From a virus (Duplodnaviria; Caudoviricetes): 56,539 bases of DNA. The stretch is taken from the IMG/VR virus record IMGVR_UViG_3300010052_000139, positions 1 through 56,539 of that record; one strand, given 5' to 3'. Numbering within the stretch: position 1 is the first letter of the stretch; every line of letters begins with the position of its first letter. The notes beneath the pieces were generated by a model. That model saw nothing but the letters and a program-made list of their open reading frames with translations. It was not told the origin of the DNA and made no database searches. Shown here piece by piece: positions 26,944 to 37,018 of this stretch. Made by a program: the position numbers and the translations under genes.

Positions 26944-28398
26944 ATGGTTGCGACGATCTTTACTCCGTCCTCCGCACTCAATGCGGATGACATCAACAAC
27001 CAGACGTCGTTCCGGGTCGTTTGTACCGTTGCAGTTGCGAGTAACGGTAGCCTGCAGGTCACGATCCAGCCAGGTTCTACCAACGATCTAACCATCTCGC
27101 ACGCGTCAATCGGTAAATGGTCGGGCTCCGGTGCGGGGACGACGGGAACGCCGATCGAACTGAAGTTTGGCGGCGCCAGTGGCTTTAACGCGGCGACGAC
27201 GGCGCAGGTCAGCGATCTGACCGACCACACCGTCGCCACGAATGGTGCAAACGGCTTTAGTCTGGCGGCTGGCGACAAAGTTGTCGTTATCTACGATATC
27301 GTCAATCAGGGGTCGGCGCACGCTTCGCAGCGCTACAATGCCTCGGCGACCAATGCTGACACTTATTTTAAGGTGCCCGGCACCAGTTGGAATTCGAATA
27401 GTTCCTCGGGTTTCACGGCTCTCAACGGCTACAATTTCGCCGTCGCCAAGATCGAAACCAATTCGCCGAGCGGGTTGAGCGTTCTCGTCTCGGCAACGTT
27501 CGGTGCGCTCACCGCATCGGCATCCGGCAACGTGATCGGAAGCGCCGCGGTCGCCAAGACACTAGGAAGCCTGTCGGTCGCGGCGACTACGGCGGCAGTT
27601 AACAGGGCGTCAGTATCCGCCGCGCTCGGCGCGGTCTCAACCTCCGCAACCGCATCGGCACCTGGCGCCGTCGCTGCCTCGGTAACGTTGGGAGCGCTTA
27701 CAGCGACCGCGACGGCGGCCGGCGTCATTTCGGCCAGCGTCAGCCAGACGCTGGGACCACTGGGCAGTTCGGCGGCAGCGGTCACCGACCGCTCGGTTGT
27801 GGTGAATGTCGCCCTTGGAGCGGTGTCCTGTGCGGCCAGCGCGACAGCACAGGTCAAAAGCAGCGTCAACGTGGCGCTGGGTGCCGTCACGGCCGTGGGC
27901 GCAATCAGCGATCCTGTCGCCGCGAGTGTGGCCGGGCAATTGTCTTCGCTCACGGTGTCGGCGGATGCTGCTGCCGCAGTGGCTGCGGAGGTCAACGTCG
28001 CGCTCGGCAGTCTGTCGGCTGTTGCGACCGCGTCGACCTCCAGCGGCTTCACAGTGTCCGCCTCGCTGGCACCGCTCGCGGTTGCGACAACGGTAGAGGT
28101 GGTGAATCAGGCGGCGGTTGCCGCGTCACTTGGACTTTGCGTCGGTAATGCCAGTGCCGCAGTCAATAACCATGCTTCGGTCGATGCCGCGCTCGGTGCG
28201 CTGACATCGATCGCTGCGGCATCGGCACCGGCCATGATCGAAGGCAGTGCGCAGCTCGGCGAGCTACTCGCATCTGCAACCGTCGCGGCGCCGGTCTCCG
28301 CCGTAGTCGATGCGTCGTTCGCACCTTTGGTAGTGAATGCGGTGCTCTCGACGGCAGAAATAGTCCGGCGGTTCGCGCCGGCCGCGTTGATGATTTAA
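26944..28398 (+). CDS. Fibre-like protein with 14 tandem 21-aa Ala/Ser/Val repeats
   Basis: Globular N-terminal domain then VxxxLGxLxxxA repeats with exact 21-aa period (27487..28368). Confidence 0.75.
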   Translation: MVATIFTPSSALNADDINNQTSFRVVCTVAVASNGSLQVTIQPGSTNDLTISHASIGKWSGSGAGTTGTPIELKFGGASGFNAATTAQVSDLTDHTVATNGANGFSLAAGDKVVVIYDIVNQGSAHASQRYNASATNADTYFKVPGTSWNSNSSSGFTALNGYNFAVAKIETNSPSGLSVLVSATFGALTASASGNVIGSAAVAKTLGSLSVAATTAAVNRASVSAALGAVSTSATASAPGAVAASVTLGALTATATAAGVISASVSQTLGPLGSSAAAVTDRSVVVNVALGAVSCAASATAQVKSSVNVALGAVTAVGAISDPVAASVAGQLSSLTVSADAAAAVAAEVNVALGSLSAVATASTSSGFTVSASLAPLAVATTVEVVNQAAVAASLGLCVGNASAAVNNHASVDAALGALTSIAAASAPAMIEGSAQLGELLASATVAAPVSAVVDASFAPLVVNAVLSTAEIVRRFAPAALMI

Positions 28399-28413
28399 GC
28401 AGGGAAGTCCCCG

Positions 28414-28659
28414 ATGAGCATGATCTATGTGAAGCCGTCTTCCGGCGGGCGCATTCGTATGCCCGAACGTAATTTCGAACCGATGCCGGCCGACGGCGCG
28501 TTCGTGCCGCGCGACGATTTCTATGAGCAGTTGTTGCTGGGCGGCGATGTCGTTGCCTGCGATCCGCCGCTGCAACCCGCCTGCAACCCCGAAACCCCTG
28601 CGTCCGACGCGCCGTCCGGCGCCGACAGCCGCGCGGCGTCGCCGAAAGAGGAGAATTGA
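28414..28659 (+). CDS. Mu gp38-like (DUF2635) protein
   Basis: YVKP..G.RIRMPE...MP.DG.FVP...FY...L..GDV, immediately before sheath. Confidence 0.8.
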   Translation: MSMIYVKPSSGGRIRMPERNFEPMPADGAFVPRDDFYEQLLLGGDVVACDPPLQPACNPETPASDAPSGADSRAASPKEEN

Positions 28660-28662
28660 TCC

Positions 28663-30162
28663 ATGCCGGTCTTGTTCAACAGCATTCCCGCCAACCTCCG
28701 CGTGCCGCTGTTCTATGCGGAAGTGAACGCCGGCCAGTCGCCGTATCAGGGACCGAGCCGAACCTTGCTGATCGGTCAAAAGACCGCGGACGGCAGCGCG
28801 CCGGCCAACTCTCCGATCATTTTATCCGGCGATCCGCAGCCGCTGGTCGGCGCCGGTTCGATGCTGGCTGAAATGGCGATCTGGGCGCGCCAGAACCATC
28901 GGTTCGGTGAGATCTGGATGTTGCCGCTGGCCGATCCGGCCGGCACGGCACAAACTCACACGCTGACCATCGCGTCTGGCATTCTCGGCAGCGCCGGCGT
29001 GCTCACCGTCTATATTGGTGGTGAGAAGGTGCAAATCGCCGTGCTTCCGACCGACACCAATGCCACGGTCGCGGCCAACCTGTCAGCGGCGATCAATCAA
29101 GGGTATTGGAAGTTCGAGCGGCAATTGTCGTTCCCGGTCATTGCTTCGGTCAATACCAACGTCGTCACGCTAACGGCACGCAATCTCGGTGCGCTGGCGG
29201 CCAAGCAGTCCATCCTCAAGGATCTGGTTGGCGACGAAGGTCTGTTGCAGCAGTACCTGACCATCGCTGCGGGGACCGCCGGCACCGGCGTGCCGGCACT
29301 CGGTGCGGCGCTTGCCGCGCTCGGCGATCAGGAGTTCGACTTCATCTGCGCGCCATATGCCGACACGACCTCGCTCGACACGATCAAGGATTACCTTGCC
29401 GCTCGCTGGTCTCCGATGCAGCAACTCTACGGCCATTATTTTACCGCGGCGTTCGACTCCTTCGCCAACCTGGCGGCGCTCGGCGCCGGCCGCAACGATC
29501 CCAGCGTGTCGATCATGGGGGTGGTGGATAGCCCGTCCTCACCGTGGCGATGGGCTGCCGCGTATGGCGCGCGCATCGCTGCTGACAAGAATCTCGGTGG
29601 CGAGGTCGACCAAGCGTACCGCATCAGTATGCCGGTCCAGACGCTGGACCTGGTGGGAATCAAGCCGCCGCAGAACCGGATCAACTGGTTCGGCATTACC
29701 CAGCGCAATACCCTCTATCAGGATGGCATTTCGGGTTTCAAGGCGCAGATCGATGGCACGGTGCAGCTGGACCGCGTCGTTACGACCTATCGTCTGAATG
29801 CCAGCGGCCAGCCCGACATCACTTGGCTGGACGTCGAGACGCGGCTGCAGATGGTTTATTTCGTGCGTTACATGCGCCAGCGCATTACCCAGAAATATGG
29901 CCGCTGCGCGCTCGCAAACGACAACCCGAAGGCAAATCCCGGCATCGTTACTGCCAAGATACTCAAGGCCGAGATCGTGCATGTTTATGTCGAACTCGAG
30001 AACGCGGGGCTGGTTGAAAACTCCGACGCGTTCGCAGACGCGCTGCTTGTCGAGCGGTCGGCCGATCCGAACCGCGTCAATGCCTATGTGCCGGGCGACG
30101 TCGTCAATCAGTTCCGCGTCTTCGCCATGAATGCGACGACGTTCCTGCAGTCCGCGGCTTGA
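28663..30162 (+). CDS. Tail sheath protein (Mu gpL-like)
   Basis: FNSIPANLRVPLFYAE, GAGSMLAEM, PYADTTSL, QRNTLYQDGIS, VVTTY, DPNRVN. Confidence 0.95.
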   Translation: MPVLFNSIPANLRVPLFYAEVNAGQSPYQGPSRTLLIGQKTADGSAPANSPIILSGDPQPLVGAGSMLAEMAIWARQNHRFGEIWMLPLADPAGTAQTHTLTIASGILGSAGVLTVYIGGEKVQIAVLPTDTNATVAANLSAAINQGYWKFERQLSFPVIASVNTNVVTLTARNLGALAAKQSILKDLVGDEGLLQQYLTIAAGTAGTGVPALGAALAALGDQEFDFICAPYADTTSLDTIKDYLAARWSPMQQLYGHYFTAAFDSFANLAALGAGRNDPSVSIMGVVDSPSSPWRWAAAYGARIAADKNLGGEVDQAYRISMPVQTLDLVGIKPPQNRINWFGITQRNTLYQDGISGFKAQIDGTVQLDRVVTTYRLNASGQPDITWLDVETRLQMVYFVRYMRQRITQKYGRCALANDNPKANPGIVTAKILKAEIVHVYVELENAGLVENSDAFADALLVERSADPNRVNAYVPGDVVNQFRVFAMNATTFLQSAA

Positions 30163-30232
30163 CGCCAGCTGAGCGGCGCGCTCGCGCGCCGACCGGCATC
30201 CGCTTCCACATCATTCAACACGAGGCAATATC

Positions 30233-30625
30233 ATGCACACTTCAGGCGGCCGTGTTTCGGTGGTCATCAACGGCGTGGCCTATTCCGCGCGGGGCGTCAT
30301 CAAGCTTTCGCCCTCCAACATTTCGGTGTCGGCGGGCGTCAATCAGGACGGGACGCTCTACCGCACCGTCGCGCCCAAGGTGCGAACGGCGGAGATCACG
30401 TTCGATCGGGGCAAGCGTCTGACCTCGTCCGCCAACGGTCAACGCCTGAAATGGGACGAGACGTTGATGTTGCTGGAGAACATTCCGATCACCTTCACCG
30501 AGGACGATACGAACGTGCAGCACATCATGACCAATGGCTTCTTTACCGGGGATCCGCAGACCGACATGGCGACCGGCGAGGTCGATGGCGTCGGCCTTGC
30601 TGCCGAATCCTACAAGACGATCTGA
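30233..30625 (+). CDS. Tail tube protein
   Basis: 130 aa directly after sheath. Confidence 0.82.
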   Translation: MHTSGGRVSVVINGVAYSARGVIKLSPSNISVSAGVNQDGTLYRTVAPKVRTAEITFDRGKRLTSSANGQRLKWDETLMLLENIPITFTEDDTNVQHIMTNGFFTGDPQTDMATGEVDGVGLAAESYKTI

Positions 30626-30636
30626 GGGGCGGCGCC

Positions 30637-31020
30637 GTGCGTGAAACAAAAGCGATCCTGTTGGATAAGCCCTTGGTCGGTCATGACGGACCGATCAAGC
30701 AGATCGTCCTGCGCGAACCGACATTCGACGAATATCTGGCGTTCGGCGATCCCTATTCGGTAGCCTACACCGAGAACGATGTGCCGTTCGGCGTCGAGAA
30801 TCCGGACGTCATTCGTCGCTATATGGATGCATGCCTGGTCGAGCCGAAGGATCCCGCTCTGTTGCAGCAAGCTGGTGCCCGCGTTGCCCGGGAGGTCAAG
30901 AATGCGCTGCTGGGTTTTTTCCAGCCCGCGTCCGCAACGGTCGCGGCCTCCGAGACCTCGCCGACGAAATCGCCTTCGCCGGATACGGGCACAACAGTTT
31001 CCACGACATCGGGAAGCTGA
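30637..31020 (+). CDS. Tail assembly chaperone; -1 frameshift product extends to 31082
   Basis: LDKPL...QIVLREPT; slippery G GGT TTT at 30912..30918. Confidence 0.8.
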   Translation: MRETKAILLDKPLVGHDGPIKQIVLREPTFDEYLAFGDPYSVAYTENDVPFGVENPDVIRRYMDACLVEPKDPALLQQAGARVAREVKNALLGFFQPASATVAASETSPTKSPSPDTGTTVSTTSGS

Positions 31021-31084
31021 GCTTGTCCGAACTGCAATACTGGCACTTTCGAACCGCCGAGTGGTCGAAGAGAAAGAAATAGGC

Positions 31085-33601
31085 GTGGCCAAGATCATCG
31101 AAGCCAAAGCTGTCATCACCGCCGACGACAAAACCGGTGCGGTGTTCGACAAGGTCGCTAAGAAAATCGACCAGATCGCGAAGTCGGCGAAGAACGCCAA
31201 GGCCGTCGACGACATGACGAAGGCGCTTGGCCGCGCGCGCGAGCAGATGGCTGCGATCGACCGGTACACTAACGCGCGGCCGGCCTTCGATGCTGCGCGC
31301 GAGCGCCTGCGTGCGGCACAGGCGGAAGCGAAGCGCGTTGCCGAAACCATGAAATCGATCGGTGCGCCGAACGCGAAAGCTGCTGCGGCCGAGATGCGGC
31401 GCGTACAGATCGCGGTCGATCAGGCGTCGCGGGCGTACGAAGCGCAGAAGACCACCATCTTGTCGCATCGGCATGCGTTGCAGGGCATGGGTGTCAATAT
31501 CAGCCAGGCAGCAGCGCATCAGAACCGGCTTCGCGACGCTGTGGAACGGACGAATGCGGCGCTGGTGCGACAGGAACGGGTACAGGAACGCCGCGCTGCG
31601 CGGCGGTTGGCGGTCGGCACTGCGATCGCCGCCGGCGGCGCGTTCGCGGCTCACGAAACCCGCCGTGGCGCCCGCGAGGTTCTTCATACCTACCGCGAGT
31701 TCGACAAGGAGCGCCGTTTTGCCAAGGCGGTGATGGGTTTGTCCGACGACGAGCAGGAACCGCTCGTGCGCCAGGCGATCCGGATGGGCGCAACCACGAA
31801 ATTCAACGACATTCAGGTTCTGGAAGCGCAACGGGAATTGGCAGCACGCGGTCTGAAGAAAGATCAGATCATGGGCATGATGAATCCTGCCGGCAACCTC
31901 GGTATGGCGCTCGACCTGAAGTTGCCGGACGCCGTCAAGCAGATGGAAGGCGCGATTTTCGGCTTTAAGAAGGACATCAGCACGCTGCCGGCGGCGCTCG
32001 CGTCCGCGCAGCGAACTGCTGACGTGCAGGTCAAGGCCGCGAAGATCAGCGGCATGACGCCGGAGGATATAACGCAGGCCTATAAGTACGGTGCCACGCC
32101 GGCCCGGCTGGCCGGTGTCAGCGAAGAGACGTTGCTGGCTTTCGCCGGCATTTCGAAAAAGGCCAACATGGGCGGCGACGAGAGCGGCGTGGCGTTCCGC
32201 GCGCTGATGGCGGCGGCGCAATCGCCGACTCGGGGCGCGAAGGAAGCCTTGCTGGCCAACGGTTTGAACTTCAAGAACTATCAGCGCAATCCCGACAGGT
32301 TGGCGCTGTCGCCGTTCGTCGAGAACGTCGCGACCCAGTACGGCGTCAAACTCAACAAGGATGCGCAGGCCGGACTCGGGCGCATCTTCGGCGACAAGGC
32401 GATGATTTCCGACCCGGCGAAGTTCACACCCGCAGTGATGAAGGTGTTGTCGGAAACGCTCGGCGGCAGCGATGCCAAGAGCAAACGAAGCATCGCCGGT
32501 ATGGCCAATCGTTTTCGTGCGGCGTCGATGAGTGGAATCGACACCAATGCATTCATCGAAGACCTGATGACCAAGATCCCGGGCAATCTGCAGCTGGCCA
32601 ATGCGATCTTCGGGGCCAAGCAGGGCGCGCGTATCGCCACGGCCTTGGGCGATCCGGAAACCTTCAAAAAGATGATTCATGAGCTGCGCGAGGAATCTGG
32701 CGGTTATTCCGAGAAAATCGCGGCGGAACGGATGGCGGGCTTCGACGGTGCGGTGAGCCGGTTCGAAGGTGCAGTCAAGAACCTTGAAACCGCGATTGGC
32801 CGTTCGTTCGACGACGGCGGCAAGGGCGGCTTCCTGACCACGCTAATCGACAAGCTGGGCGGCGCGGTGCAGCACCTCGCCGAACTCGATAAGAATGTCG
32901 TTGCCGGCGGCGCGATCGGCGTGGGTGCAGCCGGCATGGGGCTGGGCGGCTATGGCGCCTTCAAGTTCATGCAGCTGCTGGTCACCGGCGGCGGCCTTAC
33001 CGCCTCGGCCACGGCGCTGGACGGCGCCGCGGCGGCGTTGACGGCGGCCGCGGGCGTGCTCAGTGGTGGCAAGGTCGCCGGCGCTGCAACCGGCGCTGCA
33101 TCGGCTGCGGCCGCCTCCGCAAGCATCTGGGGCCGCGTTGCGGCTGGCGCAGGCGTGCTCGGCGGCGCAGCGGGGCTGGCCTATCTCGGTTACGAGGCGT
33201 ACCGGAATTATCCGACCCTGACGCCAGAGGGCGAACGCAATCGCATCGGCATGCTGGGCAGCGACGAATATGCTCGCCGTCGCCGGGCGCAAGCCAATCC
33301 GTTCTTCAATCAGGAAGGGGTTCGGCTGGCATCGCCGGGATCTATCTCGCCGGAATTGTCGCGCACGATGCTTTACGGCACCGGCGTTTCGGCGCCGCCC
33401 ATTGGCTCCGCCGAGGTGCATGGCGCGGTCGAGGGCAAGTTCACCGTCGAAGCCGGCAGCGATTTGCTGCGCGTGGTCGAGGAATCCAAACGCCTCAACA
33501 TCGAATTGCGCGGCGCTATCAAAGCGAATGGCCCCGGTTCGACCGGTCGTTCCTCGCCGGATGCGGCCGCTCCATCGGTTGGCGCGTCGGGAGTGCGGTG
33601 A
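31085..33601 (+). CDS. Tape measure protein
   Basis: ITADDKTG start, long Ala/Gly-rich helical ORF, TP901-type core. Confidence 0.9.
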   Translation: MAKIIEAKAVITADDKTGAVFDKVAKKIDQIAKSAKNAKAVDDMTKALGRAREQMAAIDRYTNARPAFDAARERLRAAQAEAKRVAETMKSIGAPNAKAAAAEMRRVQIAVDQASRAYEAQKTTILSHRHALQGMGVNISQAAAHQNRLRDAVERTNAALVRQERVQERRAARRLAVGTAIAAGGAFAAHETRRGAREVLHTYREFDKERRFAKAVMGLSDDEQEPLVRQAIRMGATTKFNDIQVLEAQRELAARGLKKDQIMGMMNPAGNLGMALDLKLPDAVKQMEGAIFGFKKDISTLPAALASAQRTADVQVKAAKISGMTPEDITQAYKYGATPARLAGVSEETLLAFAGISKKANMGGDESGVAFRALMAAAQSPTRGAKEALLANGLNFKNYQRNPDRLALSPFVENVATQYGVKLNKDAQAGLGRIFGDKAMISDPAKFTPAVMKVLSETLGGSDAKSKRSIAGMANRFRAASMSGIDTNAFIEDLMTKIPGNLQLANAIFGAKQGARIATALGDPETFKKMIHELREESGGYSEKIAAERMAGFDGAVSRFEGAVKNLETAIGRSFDDGGKGGFLTTLIDKLGGAVQHLAELDKNVVAGGAIGVGAAGMGLGGYGAFKFMQLLVTGGGLTASATALDGAAAALTAAAGVLSGGKVAGAATGAASAAAASASIWGRVAAGAGVLGGAAGLAYLGYEAYRNYPTLTPEGERNRIGMLGSDEYARRRRAQANPFFNQEGVRLASPGSISPELSRTMLYGTGVSAPPIGSAEVHGAVEGKFTVEAGSDLLRVVEESKRLNIELRGAIKANGPGSTGRSSPDAAAPSVGASGVR

Positions 33602-34806
33602 TGTCGTTGGCTCGCGATTGGCTCAAGACGCTGTGGAATGTCAGCTACAAGGGCGTCCCGTTTCTTGTCGAAAGCGACGGCGAGGGCGGCGCGCGTCGCA
33701 TCGTCAAGCACCTGGCGCCGATGCGCGACGGCGCATTCCTCGAGGATCTCGGTGAGGATGCGCGCGGCTTCGACGTCAGCGCCTATGTCGCATCCAGTGC
33801 GGCCGATGCCGATGCCGCTGCGGTGATCGCCGTTTGCGCCACGCGCGGGCCCGGAACGCTGGTGCTGCCGACCCATGGTCCGCTGCTGGTGCGCTGCCTG
33901 CGCTATCGGCGTGACCGATCCAAGGATCGGCATGGCTATATTGCCCTGCGGCTGGAATTTGTGCGCGAGGATCTGACAGCGGCGCTTGTCACGGTGGCCT
34001 CGCTCGCCAACCTGATTTTCGTGACGGCGGAGACCGCCGCCGCCAGCGTCGCGCAGATCTTTGCCGACTCGCTCACCGTGGCCGGCCAGCCTGACTTCGT
34101 CCAGGCGGCGGCGATCGGCGGCGTGGAGGACTTCGCTGCGTCGCTGGAAGCGGTCCGTTCGATGAATCAGGTCGATCCCGCCGTCGGCGCGGCGCAGCAA
34201 CGGGAGATCGAAGCCATTTTCAACGAGGCCGACGAGATCGCCGATGCGCCGCTCGTTCTGACGGGACGTTGCCTGGCCGCGGCGCGCGCGTTGGCGGCCG
34301 GAATGCCGCCGCTCACCGCGTTGCGCGCCTTCGAGCAGCTGTATCAGAGCGCGCCGGCCATCACCGCTGCGCCGTCCGATGCCACGCCGTCGACCGTCAT
34401 TGAGGTGGCCAATGCTGCCGCATCCCGCCAGGCGCTACGGCTGGCGGCGCTGGTTGCGTATGCCGAGGCGATCGCTCGGTTGGAATTGGCGGACCGTCCA
34501 GCGGCGATCACGCTCCGCGCTGACGTCGCCGACTATTTCGAAGCCGAGTTAAACGGGATTTCGGCTGGCGATATCGATCTGGCGCATTCGGTCGGCGACC
34601 TGCGCGACAAGGTGATCGATTATCTGTCGCGCACGATCATCGATCTGGCGCCGGTGGTGCAGATCGAAGCCAACCTGCGGATGCCGTCGCTGTTCTGGGC
34701 CTGGCGGATGTACGGCGATCCGGCACGGTCGACCGAACTGGCGGCGCGCAACCGGGTGCCGCATCCGTCCTTCATGCCGACCGCGTTCGAGGCGCTGGCG
34801 CGCTGA
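33601..34806 (+). CDS. DNA circularisation/tail protein (Mu gpN-like)
   Basis: SYKGVPFLV...EDLG...GPGTLVLPTHG; C-terminal MYGDPARSTELAARNRVPHPSFMP. Confidence 0.9.
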   Translation: MSLARDWLKTLWNVSYKGVPFLVESDGEGGARRIVKHLAPMRDGAFLEDLGEDARGFDVSAYVASSAADADAAAVIAVCATRGPGTLVLPTHGPLLVRCLRYRRDRSKDRHGYIALRLEFVREDLTAALVTVASLANLIFVTAETAAASVAQIFADSLTVAGQPDFVQAAAIGGVEDFAASLEAVRSMNQVDPAVGAAQQREIEAIFNEADEIADAPLVLTGRCLAAARALAAGMPPLTALRAFEQLYQSAPAITAAPSDATPSTVIEVANAAASRQALRLAALVAYAEAIARLELADRPAAITLRADVADYFEAELNGISAGDIDLAHSVGDLRDKVIDYLSRTIIDLAPVVQIEANLRMPSLFWAWRMYGDPARSTELAARNRVPHPSFMPTAFEALAR

Positions 34807-35864
34807 TGGGAACCGAGCTCGTCACCATCAGCGTCGGCGGTCTGATATGGAGCGGCTTCGAGAGGATCGACGTTCGTGCGGCCTTCAACGAGGCGGCGCG
34901 GTCATTCACCATGGATGTCGCTGCCGAGCTGGGCGCTTCGGCGACCAATGCCATTTTCGGCGAGGGTGTCGATGTCGCGATTTTCTTCAACGGCGATCTG
35001 GTGCTGACCGGGATCGTCGATTGTCGCGAACCGGAGTTCGAGGGCGAAAGTGCGTTGATTACGGTGTCAGGCCGATCGCGCTCCGCCGATTTGATCGACG
35101 GCAGCGCCGAGCACGCTACCGGGCGTTTCGAGAACAAGGATCCAAAGGAAATCGGCGACGAGATCGCGCGCGACTACAGGGCCCGCTTCGAGACCGATCA
35201 GCAGCTCGACAAAATCGAGCAGTACCAGCTGACTCCGGGCGAGAGCTGTTTCCGCTGCGTCGAAAAGCTGGCGCGGCAGCAAGGCATGACGCTGTCCGGC
35301 ACGGCGGAAGGCAATATCCGCATCACAAAGGCGGGCAACGAACGGCACGCCGGCGGCCTGATCGAAGGCGTCAATATGCTGCGCGGACGCGCTTCGCACA
35401 ACGGAGCCAACCGCCATTCGAAATATGTCGTTCGCGGGCAGCGGCCGTTCGGTCATGGCGATGAGAACGTCCAGATCGAAGCCGAGGTCGACGACGATGG
35501 TGTCGATCGGCATCGTCCAATCATCATCGTCGAGGATGAGGATACCACGAAACAGCGGGCCAAGAGGCGCGCGCGCAATCGGCGCGACCGCGCCGCCGGC
35601 GATGCGCTGAAGGCCACCATCACGGTGCAGGGTTTCCGCGACGATGCTGGGAAGGTCTGGGAGCCCGGTTGGCTGGTGTGGGTCGAGAGCCCGTTTCTCG
35701 ATATCGCGCAGGACATGTTGATCGAAAGCATTGCCTTTACGCAGAGCGAGCGCGGCAGCGTGTCGGTGCTGTCGCTGACCGACCCGCGCTCCTACGGCGG
35801 GCAGGGCAGCAAGGGCAAGGGCAACAAATCCGGCGCCGAGTGGAATTTTCCGGAGGACATATGA
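34806..35864 (+). CDS. Baseplate hub protein (Mu gpP-like)
   Basis: GRSRSADLIDGSA, PGESCF, VQGFRDDAGKVWEPG. Confidence 0.9.
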   Translation: MGTELVTISVGGLIWSGFERIDVRAAFNEAARSFTMDVAAELGASATNAIFGEGVDVAIFFNGDLVLTGIVDCREPEFEGESALITVSGRSRSADLIDGSAEHATGRFENKDPKEIGDEIARDYRARFETDQQLDKIEQYQLTPGESCFRCVEKLARQQGMTLSGTAEGNIRITKAGNERHAGGLIEGVNMLRGRASHNGANRHSKYVVRGQRPFGHGDENVQIEAEVDDDGVDRHRPIIIVEDEDTTKQRAKRRARNRRDRAAGDALKATITVQGFRDDAGKVWEPGWLVWVESPFLDIAQDMLIESIAFTQSERGSVSVLSLTDPRSYGGQGSKGKGNKSGAEWNFPEDI

Positions 35865-36364
35865 TCTACGAGCACGACGATGCGCTGCGCTCGATGATCC
35901 GCCGCGCGCGGCTTCTCGAACTTGACGATAGCGGCAGCCAGCAACTGCTCGGCTTGAGTGGTTACGCCAAGGAGCGACTTAAGAAGATTGTCCACGTCCA
36001 GCCGCATGGTTTTGCCTCGGCGCCCAACAATGGTGCGGACGGCATCCTGCTGCAGCTCGCGGGCCGTTCCGATCGTTCGATGTTCTTCGGCGGTGAGCAT
36101 GAAGACTATCGGCAGAAGAACCTCGTGCAGCGGCAGGCGGTGCTCTACGACGATAAGGGTAACGTCGTCTACATGATGCGCGACCGTATCCGGATCAAAA
36201 CCAGTGTCGGCATCGTCGAAATCGAGTCGCATGACAACAAGATCTGGATCAAGCCGGGCGACAACAAGAAAGTCTATCTCGGCGGCGACGGTGAGGACGG
36301 CACTTATGGCGTCGTCGCGACCGATGCCGGTCCGGCGATGAACGTGCTGGCGCGAGTAGCCTGA
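35861..36364 (+). CDS. Baseplate spike/assembly protein (Mu gp45-like)
   Basis: DDSGSQQ, QPHGFASAP, VLYDDKG. Confidence 0.85.
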   Translation: MIYEHDDALRSMIRRARLLELDDSGSQQLLGLSGYAKERLKKIVHVQPHGFASAPNNGADGILLQLAGRSDRSMFFGGEHEDYRQKNLVQRQAVLYDDKGNVVYMMRDRIRIKTSVGIVEIESHDNKIWIKPGDNKKVYLGGDGEDGTYGVVATDAGPAMNVLARVA

Positions 36365-36933
36365 TGCTGCGGGTTCGGGTTTCCGAAGGCGAGCAGCCGC
36401 AACCGAACCTGCTCTGGGATAGCCAGTGGCGGCCTGCCGACGGCGATGCCGACTGGGTGCTGGCGGACGCCGACGAGACGCAGAATCGTGGCGGTTTGCG
36501 CGCCAAAGCTGCGTTGCATACCGCTGTGATCCTTTGCCTGTTCACCGACAAGCGGCTGCCGGCGGATCATCCGCTGCTCAAGTATGTCGACGGTGCCGAC
36601 CGCCGTGGCTGGTGGGGCGACGGTGCGGACGTCCGAGGCGATCTCGGCGAAACCGAGATGGGATCGTGGCTATGGGTGTTCGAACGCACGGTGCTGACCG
36701 AGGAGATGCGGCGCTGGGTCGAGGATGTCACGCGCGATGCCTTGTCGCCCTTGCTGCGGCAAGGCGCCGTGGTGCGTATCGACGTGCAGGCGAGTGCGCA
36801 GTTTGCCGTGAATCGCTGCGATCTGGCGATTCAACTGTACGGGCGCGATGGCTCCGCTGTTTACGACCAGCGTTTTGCGGACATCTGGAAGCAATCGGTG
36901 ACATCGCCGCCGCCGTTGCCGTTCCCTCCTTAA
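36364..36933 (+). CDS. Baseplate wedge protein (Mu gp46-like)
   Basis: LHTAVILCLFTDKR, RRGWWGD, MGSWLW. Confidence 0.9.
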   Translation: MLRVRVSEGEQPQPNLLWDSQWRPADGDADWVLADADETQNRGGLRAKAALHTAVILCLFTDKRLPADHPLLKYVDGADRRGWWGDGADVRGDLGETEMGSWLWVFERTVLTEEMRRWVEDVTRDALSPLLRQGAVVRIDVQASAQFAVNRCDLAIQLYGRDGSAVYDQRFADIWKQSVTSPPPLPFPP

Positions 36934-37018
36934 CAGCAGCCGGTCTGCTGTCTTTCCATCACTGAATGGCGTGGTCCTTTCGGTCGCGTCCATTGTCTTG
37001 TTCATCGCGAGATTGCCA

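Noticed and set aside
30896-32680. 594-aa minus-strand ORF (also 39776..41050, 23295..24389, 6932..8053 and similar)
   Set aside because: Antisense shadows of well-supported genes in high-GC DNA; no recognisable motifs
36933-36957. Terminator inside the baseplate operon
   Set aside because: 7-bp stem with a poor U tract; too weak to call
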